Assembly: GCA_965195345.1 (NCBI GenBank)
Contig: OZ239628.1
Location: 1,856,694 to 1,920,693 of the forward strand
From: an uncultured Thiomicrospira sp.
GTDB taxonomy: Bacteria; Pseudomonadota; Gammaproteobacteria; CAKMZV01
Length of the DNA: 64,000 nucleotides
Direction of reading: 5' to 3'
Below the pieces are notes generated by a model. That model was given only the letters and a program-made list of their open reading frames with translations, did not search any database and had not been told where the DNA came from. The first letter of the stretch is position 1, and each line of letters opens with the position of its first letter. The translations under genes and the position numbers were made by a program. This document shows, piece by piece, positions 9,990-22,648 of this stretch.

Positions 9990-11206
9990 AGTCTTTACAA
10001 AACATTCGAGATGATTTCCCTGCGTTGCATCAGGAAATTAACGGTCACCCTCTAATTTACTTAGATAATGCAGCCACATCACAAAAACCTTGGCAAGTAA
10101 TTGAGGCGTTGCGTACGCATTACGAATTTAACAATGCTAACGTTCATCGGGGCATCCATACGCTTTCAGATCGAGCAACACGCGCCTACGAGGGAGCACG
10201 TGACAAAATAGTACAATTTATAAATGCCTCCTCGCGTGAAGAAGTCATCTTTGTCCGTGGTGCTACTGAAGGTATAAATATAGTTTCACAGTGTTTTATT
10301 GCCCCCAACATTCAAAAAGGCGATGCCGTTGTAATTTCCGAATTAGAACATCATTCAAATATTGTTCCTTGGCAGCTTTTAGAGAAAATGGGATTGGAGG
10401 TGCGCTGGTTACCTGTGAATGACAAAGGGGAGATGGTAATAGATGACCTTGCTGGCTTATTAAATGGGCGTGTTAAGTTAGTAGCTATCAATGCCATTTC
10501 AAATTCACTTGGCACAGTTTCTTCGGTAAAGACCATTACCGATATTGCCCATCAGCACAATATCCCTGTGCTTGTTGATGCTTGTCAAGTCCCAGCACAT
10601 GCCAAATTGGATGTTCAAGAATGGGATTGTGATTTCTGCGTATTTTCGAGCCATAAAGCATTCGGTCCCACTGGCACTGGCATCCTATACGGGAAAAAAC
10701 ATCACTTAGAAAACATGCCCCCTTGGTTGGGTGGCGGTGATATGATTTCTGAGGTTCGCTTTGACGGTTTTGAACCAAATGACTTGCCTTATAAATTTGA
10801 GGCAGGCACACCAAATATAGCTGATGTGATCGCTTTTGGCGTGGCTATTGATTACATTAGTAATTTGAGCAGACCAGAAATATTGGCACATGAAACCAAC
10901 CTACTCAATGCAGCAACCGACGCATTACAACAAGTACCTGGTTTGGAAATAGTTGGCACCAGCAGTCATAAAACTTCAGTACTTTCTTTCTACTTGCCTA
11001 AAAGTGATTTACATCCTGCTGATATTGGTGCATTGCTTGATAAATATGGTATCGCTATTCGAGCTGGTCACCATTGCACCATGCCAATATTAGCTAAATA
11101 TGGTTTACCTGCAACTGCGCGTGCATCCTTTTCTATCTATAATACGGTTGAAGAGGCGCATGCTTTGGGTGAGGCAATGCAAAAAATTGTTGCTAAATTC
11201 TCCTAA
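9986..11206 (+). CDS. sufS: Cysteine desulfurase SufS
   Basis: YLDNAATSQKP, ELEHHSN, SSHK (PLP Lys), RAGHHCT. Confidence 0.95.
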   Translation: MKSLQNIRDDFPALHQEINGHPLIYLDNAATSQKPWQVIEALRTHYEFNNANVHRGIHTLSDRATRAYEGARDKIVQFINASSREEVIFVRGATEGINIVSQCFIAPNIQKGDAVVISELEHHSNIVPWQLLEKMGLEVRWLPVNDKGEMVIDDLAGLLNGRVKLVAINAISNSLGTVSSVKTITDIAHQHNIPVLVDACQVPAHAKLDVQEWDCDFCVFSSHKAFGPTGTGILYGKKHHLENMPPWLGGGDMISEVRFDGFEPNDLPYKFEAGTPNIADVIAFGVAIDYISNLSRPEILAHETNLLNAATDALQQVPGLEIVGTSSHKTSVLSFYLPKSDLHPADIGALLDKYGIAIRAGHHCTMPILAKYGLPATARASFSIYNTVEEAHALGEAMQKIVAKFS

Positions 11207-11268
11207 TCAGCTATTAGTTGCTTTTCCAATTTAGAGTGAAGGCGTTCAGCATCCTTTAAATATAGAGG

Positions 11269-12306
11269 TCATTTGAAAACGGGAAGTACTTCTTTGCAAA
11301 ACAAATCCATCGACCGTTTTTGTTCTTTCAGACCCAATCCCATACTAGCATAATAAATAAACGAGTCCACGCCAGCTTCTTGATACAACGTCAGCTTCTT
11401 GATAACTTCATCTGGTGTGCCAAACATCATATTTTCGCTAAGCATCTGTGCTTCGTATTCGGAACGATTCTGCAACTCATCCAACGGGATTCCTTTCGGA
11501 AAGCCATTTTCAACGTCCCCAAGATTTTTGAACAAATTTTCAAATTGGGATAACTGATTTTGAGCGGCTTGAATGGGAACCATCCATTCATCTTTTCTAT
11601 CATAGACTGCCGTATGGCGCATCATTGCAAAAGTCGGTCTTTTACAACCGGAATTGGCCTGCAACGCTTCGCTCAACCTATCGCAATACAACGCCACTTC
11701 AGACATAGGTTTAGTAATCGGCCACGACATGATATTAAATCCATTTTTCACTGCATAATCAAAGGTTATTGGCGCGCGTGCTGCTACCCAAATTGGTGGA
11801 TATGGTTTCTGTAACGGCTTAGGAACGGATGTCGAGAGAGGAAATTTCCAATACTCTCCATCGTGTGCATAATCCTCCTGCCACAATGCCTGAAGAGCAG
11901 GAACCATCTCCTGCATATAAAGCCAAGCATCCGATTGTTTAAGTCCGTTTTTTAAGCGATCAAATTCACGCTGGTAGGCTCCCGAACCTATGCCAAACTC
12001 AAGCCTCCCGCCACTAATTAAATCAATAAAAGCTGCTTCACCAGCCAAACGAATAGGATGCCAATAAGCTGCTACAGCAACAGCTGTCCCCAAACGAATA
12101 CTGTTTGTATTTTCTGCCCATCGAGCAAGGATAAGAAATGGATTAGGTGCGACGGTCATCTCCAAAGCGTGATGCTCGGCAGCCCATACTATTTCAAACC
12201 CACCTCTTTCGGCCATTTGCACCATTTCTAATGTATGCTTCTCAATCTCTGCCATGCTTTGATTGGCATTCATTCTTTCAATATTGATGGCTAAATGAAA
12301 TTTCAT
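11269..12306 (-). CDS. LLM-class (luciferase-like) flavin-dependent monooxygenase
   Basis: WAAEHH, IRLGTAV, HPIRLAGE, GRLEFGIGSG, PKPLQKPYPPIWVA. Confidence 0.93.
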   Translation of the reverse strand: MKFHLAINIERMNANQSMAEIEKHTLEMVQMAERGGFEIVWAAEHHALEMTVAPNPFLILARWAENTNSIRLGTAVAVAAYWHPIRLAGEAAFIDLISGGRLEFGIGSGAYQREFDRLKNGLKQSDAWLYMQEMVPALQALWQEDYAHDGEYWKFPLSTSVPKPLQKPYPPIWVAARAPITFDYAVKNGFNIMSWPITKPMSEVALYCDRLSEALQANSGCKRPTFAMMRHTAVYDRKDEWMVPIQAAQNQLSQFENLFKNLGDVENGFPKGIPLDELQNRSEYEAQMLSENMMFGTPDEVIKKLTLYQEAGVDSFIYYASMGLGLKEQKRSMDLFCKEVLPVFK

Positions 12307-12360
12307 ACTCTTCCTTTGTCAGTTTTGCGTTTTTTCGAACTATTTACTATAATCATCTCT

Positions 12361-13149
12361 TCACAATTTCTTCAAAAACTTCAAAATTGATCGGATAAAG
12401 CGTTGTGGTTGTTCACACAAACCCATGTGTTGTAATTTTGCCACTATCTCAACGGTGCTGCCCTTTATTTCAGAAGCGATTGCTTGGCTCATTTGTGGAG
12501 TAGAACCGCTGTCAAAATAACAAGTCATGACCAGCGTGGGTTGGGTTATCGGTGGATTGGGTCGAATCAACTCAATAACACCTTTTGCTAATACTTGCCT
12601 ACACTGTGTATAAATTCTTAAATTATTTGCTAAAACCCATGCACGTACTTGCTCAATGTATTCAGCATTTTCTTCGATAAAGCGTGCAGTAAACCAGCGT
12701 TTAATTGTTGCTTCTAAAGTGGACGCTATGCCTTCCGAAGCGGTATCGATAGCACGTTGTTCAACTAATTTTTGCGCTTGCTCTTCTCGCTCGTGCGGAG
12801 AGTTTAGGATGACTAAAGCCTGAACTCGACATGCATAATCCATTGCAAATCGTCGATTAATCATTCCCCCCAAAGAGAAGCCAACCAAAACACACTGCTC
12901 AATTTTCAGTGCATCAAGCAAAGTAAGTAACTGCTGTGCGTACAATTTTAAATCGGGATTTTTAAATAATTCATCGCTTTGCCCATGTCCTGATAAATCA
13001 TAGGTAATCATGCAGTACTCTTTGGAAAAGGCGCTGACCCAAGATGTCCATATTTGTTGATTCAAACCTAAACCATGTATGAAAACGACACATGGAGCAC
13101 CCACGCTGCCAAACTGTTGATAGGCTGTACCCTTGATTTTTTTCAACAT
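12361..13149 (-). CDS. Alpha/beta hydrolase (PcaD-like)
   Basis: FIHGLG oxyanion motif, YDLSGHG, GFSLGG nucleophile elbow, C-terminal His. Confidence 0.9.
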   Translation of the reverse strand: MLKKIKGTAYQQFGSVGAPCVVFIHGLGLNQQIWTSWVSAFSKEYCMITYDLSGHGQSDELFKNPDLKLYAQQLLTLLDALKIEQCVLVGFSLGGMINRRFAMDYACRVQALVILNSPHEREEQAQKLVEQRAIDTASEGIASTLEATIKRWFTARFIEENAEYIEQVRAWVLANNLRIYTQCRQVLAKGVIELIRPNPPITQPTLVMTCYFDSGSTPQMSQAIASEIKGSTVEIVAKLQHMGLCEQPQRFIRSILKFLKKL

Positions 13150-13426
13150 TTAAAATTAAGCAGATAAAGTGACTTCGTGTTTGAAATTATTCCTCATTGT
13201 ATGCTCTCAAGATACGTAATTCAAATAATTTTATTCATTTTACTTTGCGGAATAAGCGACAAGATAATTCTTAAAAATAACAGGTGAAAAATAACATTTA
13301 AACGAGCAATAGTAATAGTCAAATTAGCATTCTCTGTTTTGATGAATGTTTTACAATGCCCTAAAGTATCATGCCATCTTTTTGTGGCATGTTTTAAATT
13401 TAAAACAAAAAAATCTTGAGAGACTA

Positions 13427-13936
13427 ATGTTTCATTTTCACAAATTAAAAGGGCAAGGTGAAAGTGCACCACCCGCTCCTCCCTTGCGACAAGTCGCACA
13501 GGTTTGGTTAGGTGCCTTTCTCGCTGCTGGGATAATTGGTTTTCTTGCTTGGTACAGCAAGCAACCATTAATTTTAGGCTCCTTCGGCGCCTCAATTTTT
13601 GTGCTGTTTATTCTTCCAGACACCCCATTTGCTCAACCACGTAATGTAATTGGTGGACACCTCGTTGCCACATTGATTGGATTGTTATTTTTCCATTTAA
13701 TTGGTCCACAATGGTGGAGTATGGCGCTATCGTTAGCTACTGCCTTAGCTCTCATGCAACTACTGCGTGTTCCCCACCCGCCGGCAGGATCGAACCCGTT
13801 TATCGTTTTTTTGGCATCGGCAAACTGGGAATTCCTTTTCATTCCAACATTATTAGGTGCTGTGCTACTTGTGGTTGTTGCTTTGTTTTATAACAATATA
13901 AATGCTGATCGCACTTATCCCAAATACTGGTTTTAA
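13427..13936 (+). CDS. HPP family membrane protein
   Basis: SFGAS, AQPRNVIGGH, HPPAG motifs; likely start ATG 13427 after GAGAG rather than 13346. Confidence 0.92.
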   Translation: MFHFHKLKGQGESAPPAPPLRQVAQVWLGAFLAAGIIGFLAWYSKQPLILGSFGASIFVLFILPDTPFAQPRNVIGGHLVATLIGLLFFHLIGPQWWSMALSLATALALMQLLRVPHPPAGSNPFIVFLASANWEFLFIPTLLGAVLLVVVALFYNNINADRTYPKYWF

Positions 13937-13948
13937 AAACACCAAATT

Positions 13949-14716
13949 ATGCACTTATTAACCTCCACTGATTATTTTGCCCTTTTGAGTCTTATTCTCT
14001 GCTGGACTGGCTACATAGCCTTCTGCCGTCATTTGACGCGTAAAGGATTGGGATTAGTTGCCATTGTTTCTAATCTGAGATTACACTGGATGAAAAGTTA
14101 TGTGGATAGTGCTGCTGAATCACCTCGCATAGCAGAAGCTCAAGTTTTGAATATGCTGCAAAACAGCGTGAGTTTCTATATAACAATTACCATTTTTGTC
14201 CTTGCTGGGTTAATGGCTATGTTCACATCTCTCGACACAGTAATTGTTGTATTAGATCAATTGCCCTACCAAATTGAAAACGCAACAATAACATTGCCTA
14301 TTAAACTATTACTGCTCATCGTAATTTTCATAATTGCCTTTTTCCGTTTTTCATGGGCATTACGACAAGGACGTTATTACGTAATAGCGTTGTTTGCTTT
14401 GCCACAAAAAGAATTGTCCATACATCAGCAAAAGATTATTTCTGAAAAACTAGCAAAATCTTTATCTATTGCTGCACAATCTTATAACAATGCTTACCAT
14501 GCCTATTACTTTGGGCTTTCAGCATTAAGTTGGATTGTTCATCCGTTGTTATTTATCGCCACCAATATTTGGGTAGTGCTCGTTATATATCGTCGCGAGT
14601 TCAAATCAAGAACATCGCATGTTCTTTTTGAAATCAATACACTTTATGATTCCTTGGAAGACGATACACTAAGCGATAAAACCTTGACCAATACGGATGA
14701 ACAAAATAGAAGTTGA
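13949..14716 (+). CDS. DUF599-like membrane protein
   Basis: Hydrophobic helices; AFFRFSWALRQ and C-terminal VIYRREFKSR resemble DUF599. Confidence 0.8.
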   Translation: MHLLTSTDYFALLSLILCWTGYIAFCRHLTRKGLGLVAIVSNLRLHWMKSYVDSAAESPRIAEAQVLNMLQNSVSFYITITIFVLAGLMAMFTSLDTVIVVLDQLPYQIENATITLPIKLLLLIVIFIIAFFRFSWALRQGRYYVIALFALPQKELSIHQQKIISEKLAKSLSIAAQSYNNAYHAYYFGLSALSWIVHPLLFIATNIWVVLVIYRREFKSRTSHVLFEINTLYDSLEDDTLSDKTLTNTDEQNRS

Positions 14717-14726
14717 TTCTAAGTTA

Positions 14727-15671
14727 TTAATATCCTAATACGCTAACGACTGACCGAACTGCTTCAGCAGAGTTATCGAGCATGGCTTTTTCATTACTAT
14801 CCAAATCCATTTCGACAATACGCTCCACACCTTCGCGCCCCAAAATAACAGGCAACCCAAGAAAGAGATCGGAATATCCGTACTCACCATTGGTATGAAT
14901 AGCACACGGAATAACACGTTTTTGGTCACGTAAAATTGACTCAATCATAACTGCCATGCCAGCTGCTGGTGCATAGTACGCACTGTAACCCAATAAACCG
15001 ACGATCTCTCCCCCGCCAGCAGCAGTACGCTGGATTATTGAATCTAATCGGTCTTTAGAGATGAGTTCTGTTACTGGAATACCTCCTACTGAAGTATGTC
15101 GAGGTAAGGGTACCATGGTGTCACCATGACCACCAAGAACCATACCATGCACATCCTTAACACTTACATTCAATTCCTGTGCAATGAATGCTTTGTATCG
15201 AGCTGTGTCCAATGCCCCTGCTTGACCAATAATACGTTTTGATGAGAATCCTGTGACATGCTTCATAACATGGCACATAGCATCTAATGGGTTAGTCATC
15301 ATGATAATGATGCTATCGGGTGCGTATTTCTTAATATCTCCTGCCACTTTCTCCATGATGTTTTGATTGATTTGCACCAATTCATCACGACTTGGAAATT
15401 TCCCCGTTTTTGGGTCTTTACGTCGAGGAACTCCAGCAGTGACTGCCACAATATCTGCCCCTTCAATGATACTCGCTTCGTTACTACCTGAAACTCTTGA
15501 GTCAAATCCAATGGCAGGGCTCGCTTGAAACAAATCTAAGCTTTTCCCCTCTGCAACTGAGCCTGCAACGTCAAACATGACTACATCGCCAACCTCTTTC
15601 TGTGCCAACCAATGACCTGTAGTAGCACCAACGTTACCAGCTCCATATAGAGCAATTTTGTTTTTTTTCAT
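14727..15671 (-). CDS. mdh: LDH-like malate dehydrogenase with an extended specificity loop
   Basis: GAGNVG, TAGVPR, TNPLDAM, LDTAR, GGHGD, SAYYAP. Confidence 0.88.
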   Translation of the reverse strand: MKKNKIALYGAGNVGATTGHWLAQKEVGDVVMFDVAGSVAEGKSLDLFQASPAIGFDSRVSGSNEASIIEGADIVAVTAGVPRRKDPKTGKFPSRDELVQINQNIMEKVAGDIKKYAPDSIIIMMTNPLDAMCHVMKHVTGFSSKRIIGQAGALDTARYKAFIAQELNVSVKDVHGMVLGGHGDTMVPLPRHTSVGGIPVTELISKDRLDSIIQRTAAGGGEIVGLLGYSAYYAPAAGMAVMIESILRDQKRVIPCAIHTNGEYGYSDLFLGLPVILGREGVERIVEMDLDSNEKAMLDNSAEAVRSVVSVLGY

Positions 15672-15810
15672 TTTTTCTCCTAATTGAAAATTCGCTTAAA
15701 AAACGAGTGCGATATTATTTTCCTACTGCTTTTTAAAGACTATTCACGCAGCAACAAGACCTTCTTTAAATTGTACTGTAAATCACTTTTCTTTACAGAT
15801 ACTCTCTTTT

Positions 15811-16593
15811 TTATTGTTTGATTATTTTCCGCGAAAAAATGTCTCCCTTTTTCCAAACAATATACTCTTGCGGAAGCATAACGGTCCACTCTTCATTATC
15901 AGTCAACTCTTCGGTACTGATAACTGTAACAATATCGTTGACCCCAGTTACTCGAGAAAAATCAATAGACATGGCGGCATTCGCTAAAGCTGCCTCTCCA
16001 AAGGGAGCTCGTCGAGTAATCCAACGCAATTTAGTAGCACAATAACAATAAAGGTAACTCCCTTCTGTCATCAGTATATTAAATACGCCTAATTTTGCAA
16101 GAATTAGTGATTTTTCATATATGAAATTTGAAACTTGTAGATCAGTTTTCCTATCTGGAAATTTCTGATCCATCTCGTTGAGTAACCAACAAAAAGCGTG
16201 TTCACTGTCCGTGGTCCCAATTGGCTTAAATCGACCAAGTGGCATTTTTTTAACGCCTTTTAACTGACCATTATGCGCGAAAGACCATTCCTTCCCCCAT
16301 AATTCACGAGTGAATGGATGAGTGTTCTTTAAACATACACCCCCACTATTTGCTAACCGTATATGGCTGATTGCAACATTGCTTTTGATGGGGTAGTTTA
16401 ACATGAGTTTGGCAATGCTTGAACTGGTACTCGGCAAATGATCATGAAACGCGCGCATGCCACCATCCTCGTATAACACTAAACCCCAACCATCACGATG
16501 AGGACCTGCTTTTCCTCCGCGCACGACAAGTCCACGCAGACTAAAACATAAGTCAGTTGGTACATTAGCACTCATTCCAAGTAATTCACACAT
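15811..16593 (-). CDS. Class II glutamine amidotransferase-like protein (YafJ family)
   Basis: N-terminal MCELLGMSANVP, HRDGWG, NTHPF, FAHNG, GTTDSEHAF. Confidence 0.92.
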   Translation of the reverse strand: MCELLGMSANVPTDLCFSLRGLVVRGGKAGPHRDGWGLVLYEDGGMRAFHDHLPSTSSSIAKLMLNYPIKSNVAISHIRLANSGGVCLKNTHPFTRELWGKEWSFAHNGQLKGVKKMPLGRFKPIGTTDSEHAFCWLLNEMDQKFPDRKTDLQVSNFIYEKSLILAKLGVFNILMTEGSYLYCYCATKLRWITRRAPFGEAALANAAMSIDFSRVTGVNDIVTVISTEELTDNEEWTVMLPQEYIVWKKGDIFSRKIIKQ

Positions 16594-16688
16594 AATGTGC
16601 TATTGTAATCGGAGTATAGGAATAGGATTAGTTCGGTCACGCATTTTTATTAGATACAATAAGCACTATTCCATCTATTTGCCATATT

Positions 16689-19735
<3,047 letters not shown>

Positions 19736-19756
19736 CTTAACTAATCAACTATATTC

Positions 19757-20635
19757 ATGACTACTAATCCCTTTTCAATTAAGTCCCTTCCTTTAACACA
19801 TCAAGGAAAAGTGCGCGATATTTATTCCATAGACAATGATAAATTGTTGATGGTTTCTACAGACAGAGTCTCTGCATTTGATGTCATACTGCCCGATTTA
19901 ATAGAGGATAAAGGTGTTGTTCTTACAGATATTTCCAAATTCTGGTTCGATAAAACCAGTGGCATCGTCAACAACCATATTATCAAAGACTTCAATTTAC
20001 GGAGCGTTTTAACTGAAGATGAGTATCAACGCGTCCATCGCCATTCAATGGTTGTGCATCGGCTGAAACCTTTGCCTGTAGAAGCTATTGTGCGCGGATA
20101 TCTAATAGGATCAGGATGGAAAGAATATTGCCAATCTTCCTCTGTATGCAGCTTGCCTCTACCATCAGGCTTGGAGCAAGCGGAAAAAATGCCTCAACCA
20201 CTTTATACACCTTCTACTAAGGCAGCTGTAGGCGAGCACGATGAAAATATATCGTATGAACGCACTATTGAAATTCTCGGCGAAGCACTAGCTGATAAAA
20301 TTCGAAGCATCAGTTTGAAGCTTTATGAAAGTGCTGCTGAGTATGCTTTGATGAGAGGAATTATCATCGCGGACACTAAGTTTGAATTTGGATTAGACCA
20401 GAACAATGAAATCACCTTGATGGATGAAGCACTTACTCCAGACTCTTCTCGCTTCTGGGATATAAAAACTTACAAAACTGGAACGTCGCCTGAAAGTTTT
20501 GACAAGCAAATAATACGCGATTATCTGGAAACGCTTGATTGGGACAAAACGAACCCTGGACCTAGTCTTCCAAAACCAATCGTACAGCGCGCTCAATCAC
20601 GCTATTCTGAAATCAAGGAAATTCTTACCAGTTAA
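19757..20635 (+). CDS. purC: SAICAR synthetase
   Basis: GKVRDIY, DRVSAFD, TPSTKA, ADTKFEFG, DEALTPDSSRFW. Confidence 0.97.
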   Translation: MTTNPFSIKSLPLTHQGKVRDIYSIDNDKLLMVSTDRVSAFDVILPDLIEDKGVVLTDISKFWFDKTSGIVNNHIIKDFNLRSVLTEDEYQRVHRHSMVVHRLKPLPVEAIVRGYLIGSGWKEYCQSSSVCSLPLPSGLEQAEKMPQPLYTPSTKAAVGEHDENISYERTIEILGEALADKIRSISLKLYESAAEYALMRGIIIADTKFEFGLDQNNEITLMDEALTPDSSRFWDIKTYKTGTSPESFDKQIIRDYLETLDWDKTNPGPSLPKPIVQRAQSRYSEIKEILTS

Positions 20636-20766
20636 CTCCAAATAATCCTTATATTTTTCAAAAACATTGTAAATTTAAAAACTTATTTATAGCATAGTGT
20701 ATACTAATTGCATTAATACAGTTTTTTATCGGACAAAGCATTTAGATTAAACTTTAGGGAGAAATC

Positions 20767-21873
20767 ATGACAGAAGCTACAAAAAAAATGGATCGTAGAT
20801 CGTTTATCAAATCAACAGGAGTGGCTGCTATTGCCGCAACGGGCATCGCAGCTCCAACAATTGCCACAGCAAAAACCACACGTTTAAAAATGGTCACATC
20901 TTGGCCAAAAAACTTCCCCGGACTGGGCACAGCTGCTGCACGTTTTGCCAAGCGCATTGAAGAAGCTTCTGATGGTCGATACAAAATTCGCGTCTACGCA
21001 GGCAATGAATTAGTGCATCCTCTTAAGTGTTTAGATGCTGTTCAAGAAGGTACTGCCGAACTTTACCACTCTGCAGATTATTACTATAAAGGAAAAACTC
21101 CTGCTTTTGCATTCTATTCTGCCGTTCCTTTTGGCTTTACAGCGACCGAAATGGATGCTTGGATACATCATGGTGGTGGACAACAACTGTGGGATGAGTT
21201 GAGTGCGGATTTTGGAGTGAAGCCTTTTCCATGTTCAAATACTGGCGTTCAAATGGGTGGGTGGTTCAAAAAACCAATAACCTCTCTCGCCGACCTAAAA
21301 GGGCTGAAAATGCGTATGCCTGGACTGGGTGGAGATGTATTGAATGCCTTAGGTGGTAACGCCATTACATTGGGTGGCTCTGAAATTATGCCTGCTCTTC
21401 AAGCTGGAACAATTGATGCGACGGAGTGGGTTGGTCCGTGGAACGATCTTGCTTTTGGCTTCTACAAAGTAGTTAAAAATTACATGTACCCTGGATTTCA
21501 TGAGCCAGGAACTACTTTGTCGCTCGGTATTAGTCGTAAGTTTTGGGATAAATTATCTAAGGCAGACCAAGCTATGTTTACCGCTTGCGCTTATGCCGAA
21601 AACAACTACGGCTACGCTGAATTCACTGCCCACAATGGCCGCGCACTTGAAACACTTGTTAAAAAACATGGCGTTAATGTTTTTGAAATGCCTGACGATG
21701 TGTTCAAAGCGATTGGTGCCGCTTCAGCTGACGTATTGTCAAGCGCGGGTAAGAAAGATGCGATTTCTGGTAAGGTCTATAATAGTTTCCTCAAGTTCCA
21801 TCGTGATGTTACGAATTGGACTGCCTTAGCCGATCAAGCTTATGCAAACAAACGTTCTTTATATAGACTTTAA
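20767..21873 (+). CDS. TRAP transporter substrate-binding protein (DctP/TakP-like) with Tat signal
   Basis: DRRSFIK twin-arginine signal, TSWPK, QMGGWF, GLKMRMPGLGG, EWVGPWND. Confidence 0.93.
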   Translation: MTEATKKMDRRSFIKSTGVAAIAATGIAAPTIATAKTTRLKMVTSWPKNFPGLGTAAARFAKRIEEASDGRYKIRVYAGNELVHPLKCLDAVQEGTAELYHSADYYYKGKTPAFAFYSAVPFGFTATEMDAWIHHGGGQQLWDELSADFGVKPFPCSNTGVQMGGWFKKPITSLADLKGLKMRMPGLGGDVLNALGGNAITLGGSEIMPALQAGTIDATEWVGPWNDLAFGFYKVVKNYMYPGFHEPGTTLSLGISRKFWDKLSKADQAMFTACAYAENNYGYAEFTAHNGRALETLVKKHGVNVFEMPDDVFKAIGAASADVLSSAGKKDAISGKVYNSFLKFHRDVTNWTALADQAYANKRSLYRL

Positions 21874-21885
21874 TTATTTCTTGGT

Positions 21886-21910
21886 AAGGGGCGTAGTCTA
21901 AACGCCCCTT
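21886..21910 (+). other. Stem-loop between TRAP dctP and dctQ (AAGGGGCGT...ACGCCCCTT)
   Basis: Perfect 9-bp inverted repeat without a long U-tract; likely an mRNA-stabilising or partial-termination hairpin. Confidence 0.65.
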
Positions 21911-21919
21911 CCATTCACC

Positions 21920-22648
21920 ATGAACCTATTAAATTTATGGGAGTCGGTTTCTACACTCCCAATAACAGTTTCCGTTGCTGTCTTTTTTCTTGTCTTATTT
22001 CTGACAGTAGTTTTAGTAGGTCTGCCTATTTATTTTTTTGCCAAATCAGAAATCCCAGACTTAATCGCTCATTTTCGATCAATTCACACACACCGTCCAG
22101 AAAAATACGCTGGATGGATTAAAGTAAGTTTATTTTTAGACCTTGTTAATAGGTTCTGCGGGCAATCGGTTGCTTGGCTAGCCCTAATCATGGTCTTAAC
22201 TCAATTTTCTGTTGTTATATTACGTTACGTTTTCTCTTGGGGATCGGTGCAAATGCAGGAGTCTATCTGGTATATGCATGGATTAATATTTACCCTTGCC
22301 GTAGGGTACACCTTACTTCGAGAAGGGCATGTACGCATTGATCTGTTCTATCGAACGACAAGCGATAAAGTTAAGTCTTGGATCAATATCATTGGCGTTC
22401 TCGTGTTTATTTTCCCCGTATGTTGGATAACCTTTAATATTGCCCTCCCGTATGTCAGCAATGCTTGGGCAGTAAGAGAAGGTTCGACTGAAGGCACTGG
22501 ACTACATTTTGTTTACTTGCTTAAAACGAGCATCCTGTTTTTTTCAGCCTTGCTTGCTCTTCAAGGCACTTCATTGTTGATTAAATCTTCTTTGATACTA
22601 AATGGCCTTGATGATGATCGTTTACTTAATTTTTCAGGTAAACGTTAA
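21920..22648 (+). CDS. TRAP transporter small permease (DctQ)
   Basis: VVILRYVF, GYTLLREGHVRIDLFY. Confidence 0.92.
   Translation: MNLLNLWESVSTLPITVSVAVFFLVLFLTVVLVGLPIYFFAKSEIPDLIAHFRSIHTHRPEKYAGWIKVSLFLDLVNRFCGQSVAWLALIMVLTQFSVVILRYVFSWGSVQMQESIWYMHGLIFTLAVGYTLLREGHVRIDLFYRTTSDKVKSWINIIGVLVFIFPVCWITFNIALPYVSNAWAVREGSTEGTGLHFVYLLKTSILFFSALLALQGTSLLIKSSLILNGLDDDRLLNFSGKR

Noticed and set aside
13221-13595. 124-aa minus-strand ORF
   Set aside because: Overlaps the HPP gene and its promoter region antisense; no motif
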